Assembly: GCA_051294375.1 (NCBI GenBank) | Contig: JBJCIZ010000239.1 | Span: 7,109,973 to 7,173,972 of the forward strand | Reading direction: 5' to 3' | Source: Paraspadella gotoi | Lineage: Eukaryota > Animalia > Chaetognatha | DNA length: 64,000 nt | Shown here: positions 52,196 to 63,045 of the stretch, in pieces | Layout: every line of letters starts with the position of its first letter | Position numbering within the stretch: the stretch's first letter is position 1 | The notes under the pieces: generated by a model | The model's input: only the letters and a program-made list of their open reading frames with translations | Databases searched by the model: none | Told to the model about the DNA's origin: nothing | Translations under genes and position numbers: made by a program

Positions 52196-52428
52196 TTGTG
52201 GATAAGGCGCTAAGTGGGCAGAAGATGACTATCCACAACTTCTATAACCCCCTCTAGCAGACATGGAACGGGTCCTGGGCTTGGAACCAGGCCTGAGGGT
52301 TTGCCACGCCCCCCGCTTACGGCCGTCCTCATTCTTCCCACAGGGTAGGTACCAGGTTGGGATTGAACCCGGTATCTAGTGGTCATGAGCTGATGGCTTT
52401 ACTCAATGAGCCACCGGGTCACAACTGA
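52196..52428 (-). mobile_element. Repeat family B tRNA-derived SINE, full length
   Basis: Minus strand: A-box-like TGGCTCATTGAG, CTCATGA loop, B-box GGGTTCAATCCC; 3' stem TTGTGGATA/TATCCACAA. Confidence 0.8.
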
Positions 52429-52733
52429 AAGAGTCATGCTTATAGGCGGAGTGAACCTAGGCAATGCCCGACTACACTCTAGTCCCTAACCTCAATCCTT
52501 AACCCCAATCATAAACCAACTCCCTAACCTTAATCCCTAACCTTAATCCCTAACCTAATTCCTAACCTAATCCCTAATCCTAACTTCTCACCGAATCTTT
52601 AACTAAAAAAAATGAAACCAATACCGAATTAAAAATAAAATGAGACTTTCTGGGAAAATAAAAGTCAGTGATGATGTAATGTTTGATTTTGAGGAAGATT
52701 TAAGATAAAGTACATATTAAAGATTATTTCACA

Positions 52734-52809
<76 letters not shown>

Positions 52810-53011
52810 CTTCTCGATAGGCTTAGGAATCTAAGGAAACAAAAGAGACGCCGTCTCTGCACGCCCCCCTTCCGTCCCAGCGCCGCCAGGGGGGCGTGGC
52901 AGAGTTTCCGGCTCCCGGCGCCGGAAGGCGTAACGTTGCCGGGAATCGAAACAAGACAACAACAACAACAACAACTACGAGTAATGACGACGACGATTAA
53001 TTCTATCGAAA

Positions 53012-53190
53012 ATATATAAAGACATAGTTTAATATTTAATATTATATAAAGACATAGAATAATATTTATTATTACATAAAAACATAGTACAATATTTAAT
53101 ATTTAATATTATATAAAGACATTGTATAATATTTAATATTTAAGATTGTTCTTATATAAAGACATACCTAGTATAATATTTAATATTATT
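53012..53190 (+). repeat. AT-rich ~30-bp tandem repeat, ~5 copies
   Basis: ATATAAAGACATAG..TAATATTTAATATT repeated. Confidence 0.8.
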
Positions 53191-53727
53191 CTTACTATGT
53201 TTTTACAACCAATATAAAAATTATCCATTAATTCAATAACTAAGCTATCTTAGCCCTGACTCTTACAAGATTTCAAGCAACTCTCTCTCACAATCTCGTT
53301 TATTTACTCATAGAGTACCTGGCTTCCCTATCAATGAAGTGGTCTCATATATCAATTGTATGAAAAGCCCACTCCCTTAATTATTAGAACGAGGAATACT
53401 ATATTGTACTCCGCATTAGCATCTAAATACAATGAGCTGAATTATATCAAATTGGTAAAACCAATATAAAGATTATAAAGATTATGCTTTATATTTTTTA
53501 TATGTTGTGTAGTGAAGCTTATGTATAAAAATTTTAGACCGAAATATTGAACGACATCCTAACAAAAAAAAATATTCATATTCATATTCATATTCAGTAG
53601 CATAGTTATTATTTAAATTTGTTTTTAATTTTGATGATAACTTCCTTGTCAAAAGTTGATAATAAATAAATCAATATCAAAATATAAAAAAAATAAATCA
53701 TTATAAATAAATAAAAATAGAAATTAT

Positions 53728-53960
53728 GGTGGACTAAAATCCACCAACAGTTCATCAGAGGCCATTGGTGCCGAAGGCAAGTCATTCGCCTCCCAACCCA
53801 AAGGTCCGGGGTTCTAGCCCGGTGGTCGCCTGGCAGTTAAGAGGGACGGGGCGCTTAACCCGCCTGTAACACGGTGTTACAGCCTGATCAGAAGCTCAGG
53901 GACTGCTTATATTGAACGGTTCTGTCACTAACTCGTAACAATTATCACTGTCTCTTCAAA
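53728..53960 (+). mobile_element. Repeat family A tRNA-derived element, cleanest copy
   Basis: GCCATTGGTGCCGAAGG..CGCCTCCCAACC..GGGGTTCTAGCCCGG head; palindrome CTGTAACAC-G-GTGTTACAG; terminal hairpin GGTGGACTAAAATCCACC. Confidence 0.8.
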
Positions 53961-54354
53961 ATCAAATAAATCGAATCAAATAAAAAATCATATATAAATC
54001 TTTATTACAAATTGTTTTTTAATAAGTTGTGTATTTTTCAGTGAATTACATCAAAAACTATGACAAACTTAAACGAAAACCAAAACTAAAGACGCGGAAA
54101 ACTGAAACTCGTCATAATTGTCGTCGTCGTCTTCGTCGTCGTTGTCTTTCTCGACGATTTGAGACAAATGAAAAATAAAAGGGCTCACAAGAGACGGACA
54201 AACAGACAGACAGAGAGACAAGATAATTGTCTTTTCTTTGAGGTTCAAATCTTCATATTCGTGGTAAAATTATTAAGAATGATGTCAAGTTACCGTTAGG
54301 ACAAGAGAGAGAGAAAGAGAGAGAGAGACAGAGAGAGAGAGAGAGAAAAAGAGG

Positions 54355-54400
<46 letters not shown>

Positions 54401-54655
54401 TTAGTCCGGTGAGGAAATGATGAAACCGAGAGACAAGATAAATTGGGACTATGCCGGCCGGGAGCCGATAGAGAGCGAGATAGAGATAGAGCGTTATAGA
54501 GACGGAGAGGAAAAAAAAGGGAAAAAAAATAAAAAGAAAAAGAACTGTTATCTGGAACTTGTAAGATTTTTCTTCAGTATGTCCGGAATGAGAAATAAAA
54601 ATTAATATAAAAAATGAAAGAATAAATGTAGAAAAATGGAGGAAAATTTCTATTA

Positions 54656-54824
54656 TTTACTGATAACGAATTAGTTTTGTTTACAATAACAAAACAACGG
54701 ACATGGTTTGGCTAAAGTGTTAGCCTTCATCAGCGCATTATTTGGTTGCGCTTATGAAGGCTAACACTTTAGCCGAAAGAGGTCCCTTTGTATTGTAAAT
54801 AAAAACAAATTTATTGTCAGTAAA
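54656..54824. ncRNA. Back-to-back inverted pair of minimal hammerhead motifs (Penelope pLTR fragments)
   Basis: Minus 54656-54737 TGCG-CTGATGA-AGGCTAACACTTTAGCC-AAAC-CATGTC; plus 54747-54824 TGCG-CTTATGA-AGGCTAACACTTTAGCC-GAAAG-AGGTC..AATAAA. Confidence 0.75.
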
Positions 54825-54828
54825 CATT

Positions 54829-55150
54829 AAACAAGATCGGTTCATCATGGTTTTTCTCGTGTATTTCCCTTTGATCACATGCTATTATATGACATGACAT
54901 GACTAAAAAAATTTCTTAGTCCGATATTTATGACTGCATCGAAATTCGAAATTCCGTTTTTTACTTCTCATATGTAGTTTTAGGATTTTCTGAAGGCGGC
55001 GATAGCAGTCTCTTAGATTTGAGGTTTTTTCCTGTCTTAACAAATGAGCAACCAACTTTAGGGAATTATTTGCATTGGATGGACAGACATACCGACCGAC
55101 AGACCGACCGATGGACAGACATACCGACCGACATACAAACGCAACGAAAA
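54829..55150 (-). mobile_element. HINE-like element related to 3145-3404
   Basis: AAACAAGATCGG end and (GACC/GACA)n tract at 55080-55135. Confidence 0.45.
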
Positions 55151-56021
55151 GAGAAATCCGAAATCATACAAGGATCGAGAAAAAACATTAAAGATATTAG
55201 ATATTAAAAATGAAACAGCATTTTCTTATTCAAATTTTTTTTCTTGAGGAAGAAACAAAGAAACGAACGAACGAACGAACAGAGCGAAACAGTCAGAACA
55301 GAATAGAACAGAACAGAACAGAGCAGAACAGAACAGAACAGAACAGAACAGAACAGAACAGAACGAACGAAGAGGCGTAACCCAAAAACATGTTTGGCGA
55401 AAATGAGTTTTCGCATCGAGGTCAAACGAAAAGGAGGAAGAGCGTGAAGGAAGATAGAGAGGGAGTGACAGGTGCAACGCGGATGCAACGCAGGTGTGCA
55501 AGGGTGACGAGGAAGTGTGAAAAGTGTGAAAGTGTGAAGCGTTGAGTCACAAAAACTAAGATAAGCGATTTTTTTTCTTCGGGTTTTGTTATGTCATGTC
55601 CATTGGATAAAAACGATAATTTTGACGAGAGATAGGAGATGAGGAAGAAATGAGAGAGAGAGAGAAAGACGAGAGAGCAGAGAGAGAGAGACGAGAGAGA
55701 GAGAGTAGAGAGAAAGAGAGAGAGAGACGCCAGAAGAGAGCAGAGAAGAGGCGAGAGAGAAGGGTTGCAGGTAAAAGTAGGGTGAGGAAAGGTGAAGTAA
55801 GGAATGGCGAGTCCGGCTCCAAAGGGTAAGGGTTAAGCTGCCAACGATTCGCCTCTAGATTTCCAAATGATGAAGTCGGGTAAGTTCGAAAGGTGAGGAA
55901 GACGAGAGATGTTAAGGATAATCCAGATATAAGTTTAGGTCGGTCAGTCCGTTTTAGGGATGAAACTAAACGATATAATTTACTTATGATTGAGATAAAA
56001 ATCATCTTTAGTGTCATATCT

Positions 56022-56071
<50 letters not shown>

Positions 56072-56738
56072 TTGTTAATTTATTTTACACTTTTTTAAAT
56101 AGTAGGTAAAAAATACTATTAATAAACATTAAATATTTTAAAAGGATTTCGATAAATTTATCAATATTAGGTAAAGTTTTGTTGATGTTAGGTGACATTC
56201 TCATCCCCCTGTAAAGTCTTAAGCGAAAAAAAAAATTGCCACTTTTTCTTAAATTCTGTTTTGCAATCTGACTTTTAAGTATTGATACGTAATATTGCTT
56301 GCACCAATTTTTTTTTACATCGATCAATCGCTTTTTAAAAGAGATTTAGTCTTCAAAAATATTCTTTTAGAAATTGAACAAGATATAGTGGCGTATTTTA
56401 AGCTACAGTGGCTATTGTTTTTTTGTTTTTGTTTTTTTTTGCCTCGATGTGTACAAAGAGTTGTTATTTTTTTTACAACCGCATTCCCGCTGCGACGGAA
56501 ATAGCGCGACATCTAACGCCGCATGAGTTCATCCTCTCACTCTCCCTCAATCTTCCTCTCTGTCACCCGCAGACGCTCTCTCTATCTCTATCTTTTTCTC
56601 TCCTTTCCTCCCTCTGTCAGTCAGTCAGTCTGTCCGTCCGTCTCTCTCTTTCTATCTCACTCTGGAGCCGAGCGACTCATATCCAATTAATTGAGTAATT
56701 ATTCACTCGCTTCTCTCCTTTTTTTTCCAACTCACATC

Positions 56739-56831
<93 letters not shown>

Positions 56832-56837
56832 ACTCAC

Positions 56838-57271
56838 CCCCTCTCGATCGGAAGGCGTTGTCTCTCCGCGACACTCGAGACTCATCCATCTGCATCCTCT
56901 CCTCCTCCTCCTCCTCCTTCCGCCTTGACGGCGATCGTCCCGCGGCGAATTTCGTCGCTGAGGATTTCTTCTTCTTCTTCGCCGCAAAGGATCCGGATTT
57001 CGCTGAATTTTTCGCCTCGTTCGTTTTCGTCGTAGATTTCGTCGTAGATTTAGTTTGATACAGCGAATTTAAATTCGATTTTATTTCCATGTATTCGTCT
57101 TTTTGTTTGTTTTCTTTATTTTGTTTGTTATCATTTTCCTTCGTCCCCGAACGGCCGTTTCCGGAAACCCAATCTCCATCCGGCGCCGAGAGACGCGATC
57201 GATTTCCGGTCCCGTCCTCTACCGGTTGCCGATCGGAGAGACGCAAAGCCCCGCGGGTTTTCGACGTCGAC
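56838..57271 (-). CDS. Probable coding exon, low-complexity K/S/T/E-rich segment
   Basis: Uninterrupted ORF in clean sequence; consensus donor GG|GTGAGT at 56837 (phase 1) followed by a (GA)n tract; acceptor GACAG| at 57272. Confidence 0.55.
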
Positions 57272-57297
57272 CTGTCGTCGAAAATTGTGACGAGATC

Positions 57298-57502
57298 ACC
57301 CCGGTAGCTCATTTAGTATTGCCATCAGCTCATGACTATTAGGTACCGGGATTAATCCCCAATGGTACCTACCCTGCGGGAAGCGTGAGGACGGCAGTAA
57401 ACCGCCATTGGGGCGTTTGAAAACCCTCAAGCCTGGTTCCAAGCCCACGACCCATTCCATGGCTGCTAGTGGATGTTGTGGAGAGTCTTCTTCTGCCCAC
57501 TT
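57298..57502 (+). mobile_element. Repeat family B SINE
   Basis: CCCGGTAGCTCATTTAGT..CCATCAGCTCATGAC..TGGTACCTACCCTGCGGGAAG..TTCTGCCCACTT. Confidence 0.8.
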
Positions 57503-57506
57503 TTCA

Positions 57507-57690
57507 CTCTCTAGCAGCCATAAAAATTGTCCCGGGCTTAGAATCAGGCTTGAGAGTTCTCCACGCACCCGAGGCAGTTCACTGCCATCCTCACGCTTCC
57601 CAAAGGCGAGGTACCGGGTTGGGATTGAACTCGGTACCTCGTGATCACGAGCTGATGGCTTTACTCAATGAGCCACCGGGTCACGACTGA
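57507..57690 (-). mobile_element. Repeat family B SINE, tail-to-tail with the previous copy
   Basis: GGGATTGAAC..GAGCTGATGGCTTTACTCAATGAGCCACCGGGTCAC(G)ACTGA, near-identical to 52359-52428. Confidence 0.85.
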
Positions 57691-57745
57691 GGTATTGATA
57701 TTTTTTATGCGGGAGTGAATCTTTGGCCAATGCATCGTTACAGAC

Positions 57746-58425
57746 CTTTCGGCGTCTTTTTCCTCCATCGGCGTCGCCCTTCGGCGTTGTTTCGTTTCCC
57801 TCGGCGGCGCCATCTCTTCTCGCGTGGAAAGCGTCAAAGGCGACGCCGCTTCTCCCGCGCGTCGTCGTCGACGGCGTCGTCCGTCGCTGCCGGCGTCGTG
57901 AGGCGGAAGAGGCGGTCGATGCCGGCGTCGGTGGGCGGGTCGATTTGGGGAGAGGGGGAGAGAGAGAGGGGGGGAGGAGAGAGCGTAGGAATGAGGGGAA
58001 TATTCCGGCGTTGAACGCTCGAGGTTCCGCGTTCGAGTCCCGCCTCTTTCGACGCCGTTTACTCCGAAGAACGACGATCCTTCGCCCGTCGCCGCCAGGT
58101 GACTTCGTTGCCATGGAAACATGACGCGAGGCTGCGTTTGCGTCACCGGCGCCGTTTTCTCCACCAGCGTCAGCAGCAGCAGGAACGCCAGCGCCGCGGG
58201 ACGGCGGCGGGAACCGGGAATCCAGGGGGCGAGGACGTCGACGGGCGGCGCTAGGAGCGTGACCAGGGCCGGCGTCGTCGTCGTCGTCGTCGTCGTCGTC
58301 GGCGCCATCACTCGAGACGAAGCTCGGGGGAACGTGACGGATGAGTCCTTAGCAACGGCAGACGCGCCTGACGGAGAGTCCTTAGCTACGAGAAGAGGAG
58401 GATGAGGAAAAGGTAAGGAACTCAT
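57746..58425 (-). CDS. Probable 5' coding exon of a secreted or membrane precursor (hydrophobic AALAFLLLLTLV, polybasic RRRRRRR)
   Basis: 254-codon GC-rich ORF, same frame as the downstream exon; start codon uncertain. Confidence 0.45.
58107..58120 (+). promoter_or_regulatory. RFX X-box-like motif GTTGCCATGGAAAC
   Basis: Matches the X-box consensus; half-site-like GTCCTTAGCAAC at ~58345. Confidence 0.3.
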
Positions 58426-59130
58426 CTTTTTTTGGGGGGGAGGTGAGGGAGAATAAGGGGAGGGGTAGGGGGGAGCGGGGATTAGTGGCAGAAGGGGGGA
58501 GGGTGGGGTTTTAAAAGGGATGAGAAGATTAAAGATATAGGTTGTGAAGATTAGAGATTGGCGATGAAGAGATTAGAATAGTGGGACGAAAAGAAGTGGT
58601 GGATTAGAAGATTAGATCTCGGGAGGGGGGGGAGTGAAAAGATTAGAGTTTTGGGTTGAGAAGATTAATGGAGTCGGGGAATAACACTTGGTTTTGCGGG
58701 CGAGAAGACGGTGAGGGTTCACGGTTGTTTTTTTTTTCTTTTCCTGAGGTGATTTCCTGATCCAAAAATCGGCAAATTTGACAGAGTGTTGCGTATTTTA
58801 TTATATCGTATTTTATAATATATTTTCGTATTGTGTTGTATTGATATTTTAGTGATATGTAGGAGAAAGAGAAGAGTCACAGATTTTATGCCGAGATTTT
58901 TTTTGTTTCGTTTTTTTTTTCACGTTTCTTTTTTTGTTTTGATATGAATTTGAGTCGCGTCTGAAATGTTTTTTTTCTTTGCCAAATTCAAGAAAAGTTT
59001 TTTTTCTCTGTTTAGGTTGTTTTTTTCTGAATTTAAATTCAGTTTCTTTTTGTTTGTTTATTTATTTACTTTTATCGGAGTTCCTTTACTCTGAAGGGAT
59101 AAGAGGAGAGGAGGGGAAAGTAGGAGAGAT

Positions 59131-59162
<32 letters not shown>

Positions 59163-59169
59163 GAGAGAG

Positions 59170-59207
<38 letters not shown>

Positions 59208-59318
59208 CAAATGGGAGGGAGAAATAGCGCGAAGATTAAAAGGAGAGAACTGTAATCAAATCAAATTAATCGAAAAGACGTGGCAGAGAACATGGGGTGA
59301 GAGTGAGAGAGAGAAGAA

Positions 59319-59379
<61 letters not shown>

Positions 59380-59492
59380 AGGGAGAGAAGAGAGAGAAAG
59401 AGAGAGAGAGAGAAAAAACAGATTGTATGTGCGCATTGCATGTGATTTAAACAGAAAAGAAAAACAAGAATTGAATAAGGCTTACAGGAAAA

Positions 59493-59575
<83 letters not shown>

Positions 59576-59854
59576 ACATGAGGAGATTAGAGACAGATTG
59601 AACATGGCGTCTGAAAATGGGCCAACCGATTAGTTGTTTCAAAATGAAAAAAGAGAAAAAAAAAATCACTTCGCGCGATTGAGTGTTGACTTCTCGTCGT
59701 CGTCGTCCGTCCGTCGTCGTCGTCGTCGTTGTCGTCGTTCTCGTTGTCGTCGCGGTCGTCATCGTCGTCGCCGTTATCGTCTTCGTTTGTTCGTTTTCGT
59801 TGTTTTTATTTTTTCGTCAATTTCGGAAACGTTGACCTCGCGAGAAAAAAGTGG

Positions 59855-59895
<41 letters not shown>

Positions 59896-59909
59896 AGAGA
59901 GAGAAGAGA

Positions 59910-59949
<40 letters not shown>

Positions 59950-60236
59950 CATCGAAGCCTAAAATAAATAAAAAATTCAATTTCGACTTTGATTTAAAAA
60001 TTTTAACTACTTTATTTTGTTTATTTTATTTGATACAAATCAATTTATTGTGTTTTTATTTTTACATCAAAAGCAGATAAGACAAAAAAAGCGAGAAAAG
60101 CAAAACGAGGAGAAAGGCCGTTCCCAGGGGAAATTAAAACAATGAAGAGGAAACCGGGGAAAAAAAAGAAAATAGAATAAAACGAAGATGAAAAGAGTGA
60201 GAGAGAGAGAGAGAGAGAAGGAGAGAGAGAAGAGAG

Positions 60237-60288
<52 letters not shown>

Positions 60289-61019
60289 AAGATGGCAAGA
60301 GAAATGAGAAAATAAAAACTATACGGTCGATTAAAAACAAACGTTTGAGAGAAAAAGAGGGAAGCGGAGATTTTCCTTTTTTTTAAGGGAGAAAGGAAAG
60401 AAAGAAAAAAAGGAAAGAAATCCAGGAAAGGAAGGAAGGAAGAAAAAAGGAATGAAGAAGGAAAGAGGAAAGAAAGGAAGGAAGGAAGGAAGGAAGAAAG
60501 GAAATAAAAGGACAGGAAGAAGGATGAGGAAAGAAAGGAGGAAGGAAGGAAAAGGAAAAGGAAGGAAGGAAGAAGAAGGAAAGAAGCGAAGGAAGGAAGG
60601 AAGGAAAGGACAGAAGGAAGGAAGGAAGGAAGGAAGAAGAGAGGAAAGGGAAGGAAGGAAGGCAGGAAGGAAGGAAGGAAGGAAAGGATAGGAAGAAACG
60701 AGTAAATGAACCCAACAGACAACAGAAAAAATAGAAAATAACAAAATAACAAACAAACGAACGAGTGAACGAAAGAACGAATTAAAAATTGGAAAAGTAA
60801 TGAATGAATGAATGAATGAATTGATAAATGCATGAATCAATAAATGAATGAATGAATAAATCAAACGACGTTGTTCGACATCATTGCTCGATTTCTTTGT
60901 CGTCGTCGTCGTCGTCGTCGTCTCAGTGCTTCCATCTCGCGGAAATGAAATTGTTGACTTCCGCTTCTCCAATTCGATCTTAGATTAATTCCTCAATCGC
61001 GACCTTTACGTCCGAACGT

Positions 61020-61640
61020 TGACGTCGTCGTCGTCGTCGTCGTCATTTTCGTCATCGTTGTCATCTTTATCGTTGTCGACTGTCGTTAAGGTTATCATTG
61101 TGGTCACCTTTAACGTCACCGGCTTTGTTATCGTCGTCATCATCGTTTTTATTGTCTCCGTTGTCGACGTTGTATGCTTATTTTTTTTCCGCATTGCGTC
61201 TTCTGTTCATCGTTAAATATTATCTTTGCCGTCAAATTTCCTGGCGATAATAATTGTTGTCATTGTCATCGTCGTCCTCGTGATCGATATCATTGTTATT
61301 GTCATCATTTTTGTCGTCATTGTTGGAATCATTGTTATCGTCATCGTCGTTGTTATCATCGTTGTCATTGATGTTATTGTTGTCATCGTCGTTAACATAG
61401 TTGTTGTCATCGTCGTTATAGTTATCGTTGTCATTGTCATATCAGTTGTGGTTGTTGTCATTGTCATTGTCATTATCGTCGACGATATTGTTGTCGTTAT
61501 CGACATCGTCATTAACGTCATCGTTGTCCTTTAGGTCCTTATTTTTGTCATCGTTATCGTCGTCATTGTTATCGTCTTCTTCGTCGTTATCGTCGTCGTC
61601 GTTATCGTCTTTATAGTCGTCGTCGTTATCATCGTCTGTT
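61020..61640 (+). repeat. Cryptic trinucleotide (GTC/GTT/ATC)n low-complexity tract
   Basis: Directly visible; similar tracts at 42603-42763 and 59694-59800. Confidence 0.9.
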
Positions 61641-62192
61641 TTGAACCGCAGAAAGATCGACTCGCATAACAAGAGGAGGAGAAAAAAAATCGTTTCTAGT
61701 CGCGATAATCGGATTTTGGACGTTTATTCGGATTTACAGAAGAGAGGGAGAGAGAGTGGAGAGAGAGAGAGGGAGAGACGAGGGAAGGAGAGAGAGAGCA
61801 GAGAGCATGAGAGAGACGAGAGAGAGAGAGGAGAGAGCCGGGAGGAAGTTCGACGAAGGATAGAGAGACGAGAGAGAGAGAGAGAGAGAGAAAGTGAGAG
61901 ATTAATTACATCGGAATGACTGATCTACTTTTCAGGTTCGAAACTCTAACTTTCGTCAGGTCATCTCATTCCTTTTTTTTTTCTCGTGTCCGCGTGGAAA
62001 TGATGTGGAAAGAAAAATGGAAAGAAAAAAAGAAATAAGAGAAAGAGAGAGAGAGAGTAAGAGAGAGGGAGCAAGATAGAGAGAGGGTCGTTTTGAAAGT
62101 CGTCTTGTCCATTTCCTCTGCGTACTCACAGAAGGGACCGAGAAAAAAAGTCTTTTTTTTTTAAATCTGACTCTTTTACCCTTGAGTCTCTG

Positions 62193-63045
62193 AAGATGAA
62201 TGAGGGAATGAATGAGTGGACGAATGTGGAGATGAATGTGAGGTTGAATGTGGATGAATGAATGGATGAATGTGGAGGTGAATGTGGGGTTGAATGTGGA
62301 TGAATGAGTGAATGAATGTGGAGATGAATGTANNNNNNNNNNNNNNNNNNNNNNNNNAAAGAGAAAGAGATAATTAAAATCTGCAAAAAGTTCAATGAAG
62401 TCCCTTGCAAAGGTTGATTATCCAATCAATCCACTATAGATCACCATTCACAATCCACTTTCACCACTCACAATACAACTCATAATCTCATCTCGAAGTC
62501 AAAAACTTACTATGAAAAATTCCCCATCGAGCGCCTCCACATCAAAAATGACGATTGTACCAAACGTAGTCATCTTATTTTCCTAATATTCATACTACAT
62601 CGCGGGAGTAATCAAGGCCACGCAAGAAGATCGGATCGGAGACTGCGGGCGGATCTGCACAGTTCATCCACTCATTCATGCACCAACATAGGTGCAAGGA
62701 CGCTCGTCATTCATCTCCACACGTTCATCCACCTCATTTATCCCACATTCAGCCCACATCCGATCTCGGAATCATGCTACTCATCATGAAGTCATCTACC
62801 CACTTCACCATTCATGGACGCACATTCACACCCCACCGAAGTTGCATCTCACAATTCATCCATTCATATTCATCCACATTCAACCCCACAATCATCTCCA
62901 CATGTCATGGCCACTCATTCATCCACATTCAACCCACATTCACCTCCACATTCATCCATCATCATTTCATACCACATTCACGCCTACATTCATGCTCCAC
63001 ATTCAATTCACATCATTCATACCACATCCACCCCACATTCATGCT
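62193..63045. repeat. (GAATGTGGAT/GAAT)n minisatellite in opposite orientations on either side of a 25-N gap
   Basis: GATGAATGTGGA units at 62193-62332; TCCACATTCATC units at 62660-63045. Confidence 0.8.

Noticed and set aside
52340-52428. Functional tRNA gene
   Set aside because: No proper acceptor stem or cloverleaf, and it is attached to a shared body and tail in several copies, so it is a SINE head.
53728-53765. Hammerhead in family A (minus-strand CTGATGA followed by a hairpin)
   Set aside because: No GAAA follows the stem, and the other two copies read CTGATGG.
61213-61672. Mucin-like or Asp-rich protein ORFs
   Set aside because: A cryptic trinucleotide repeat that is open in several frames by composition alone; no splice evidence.
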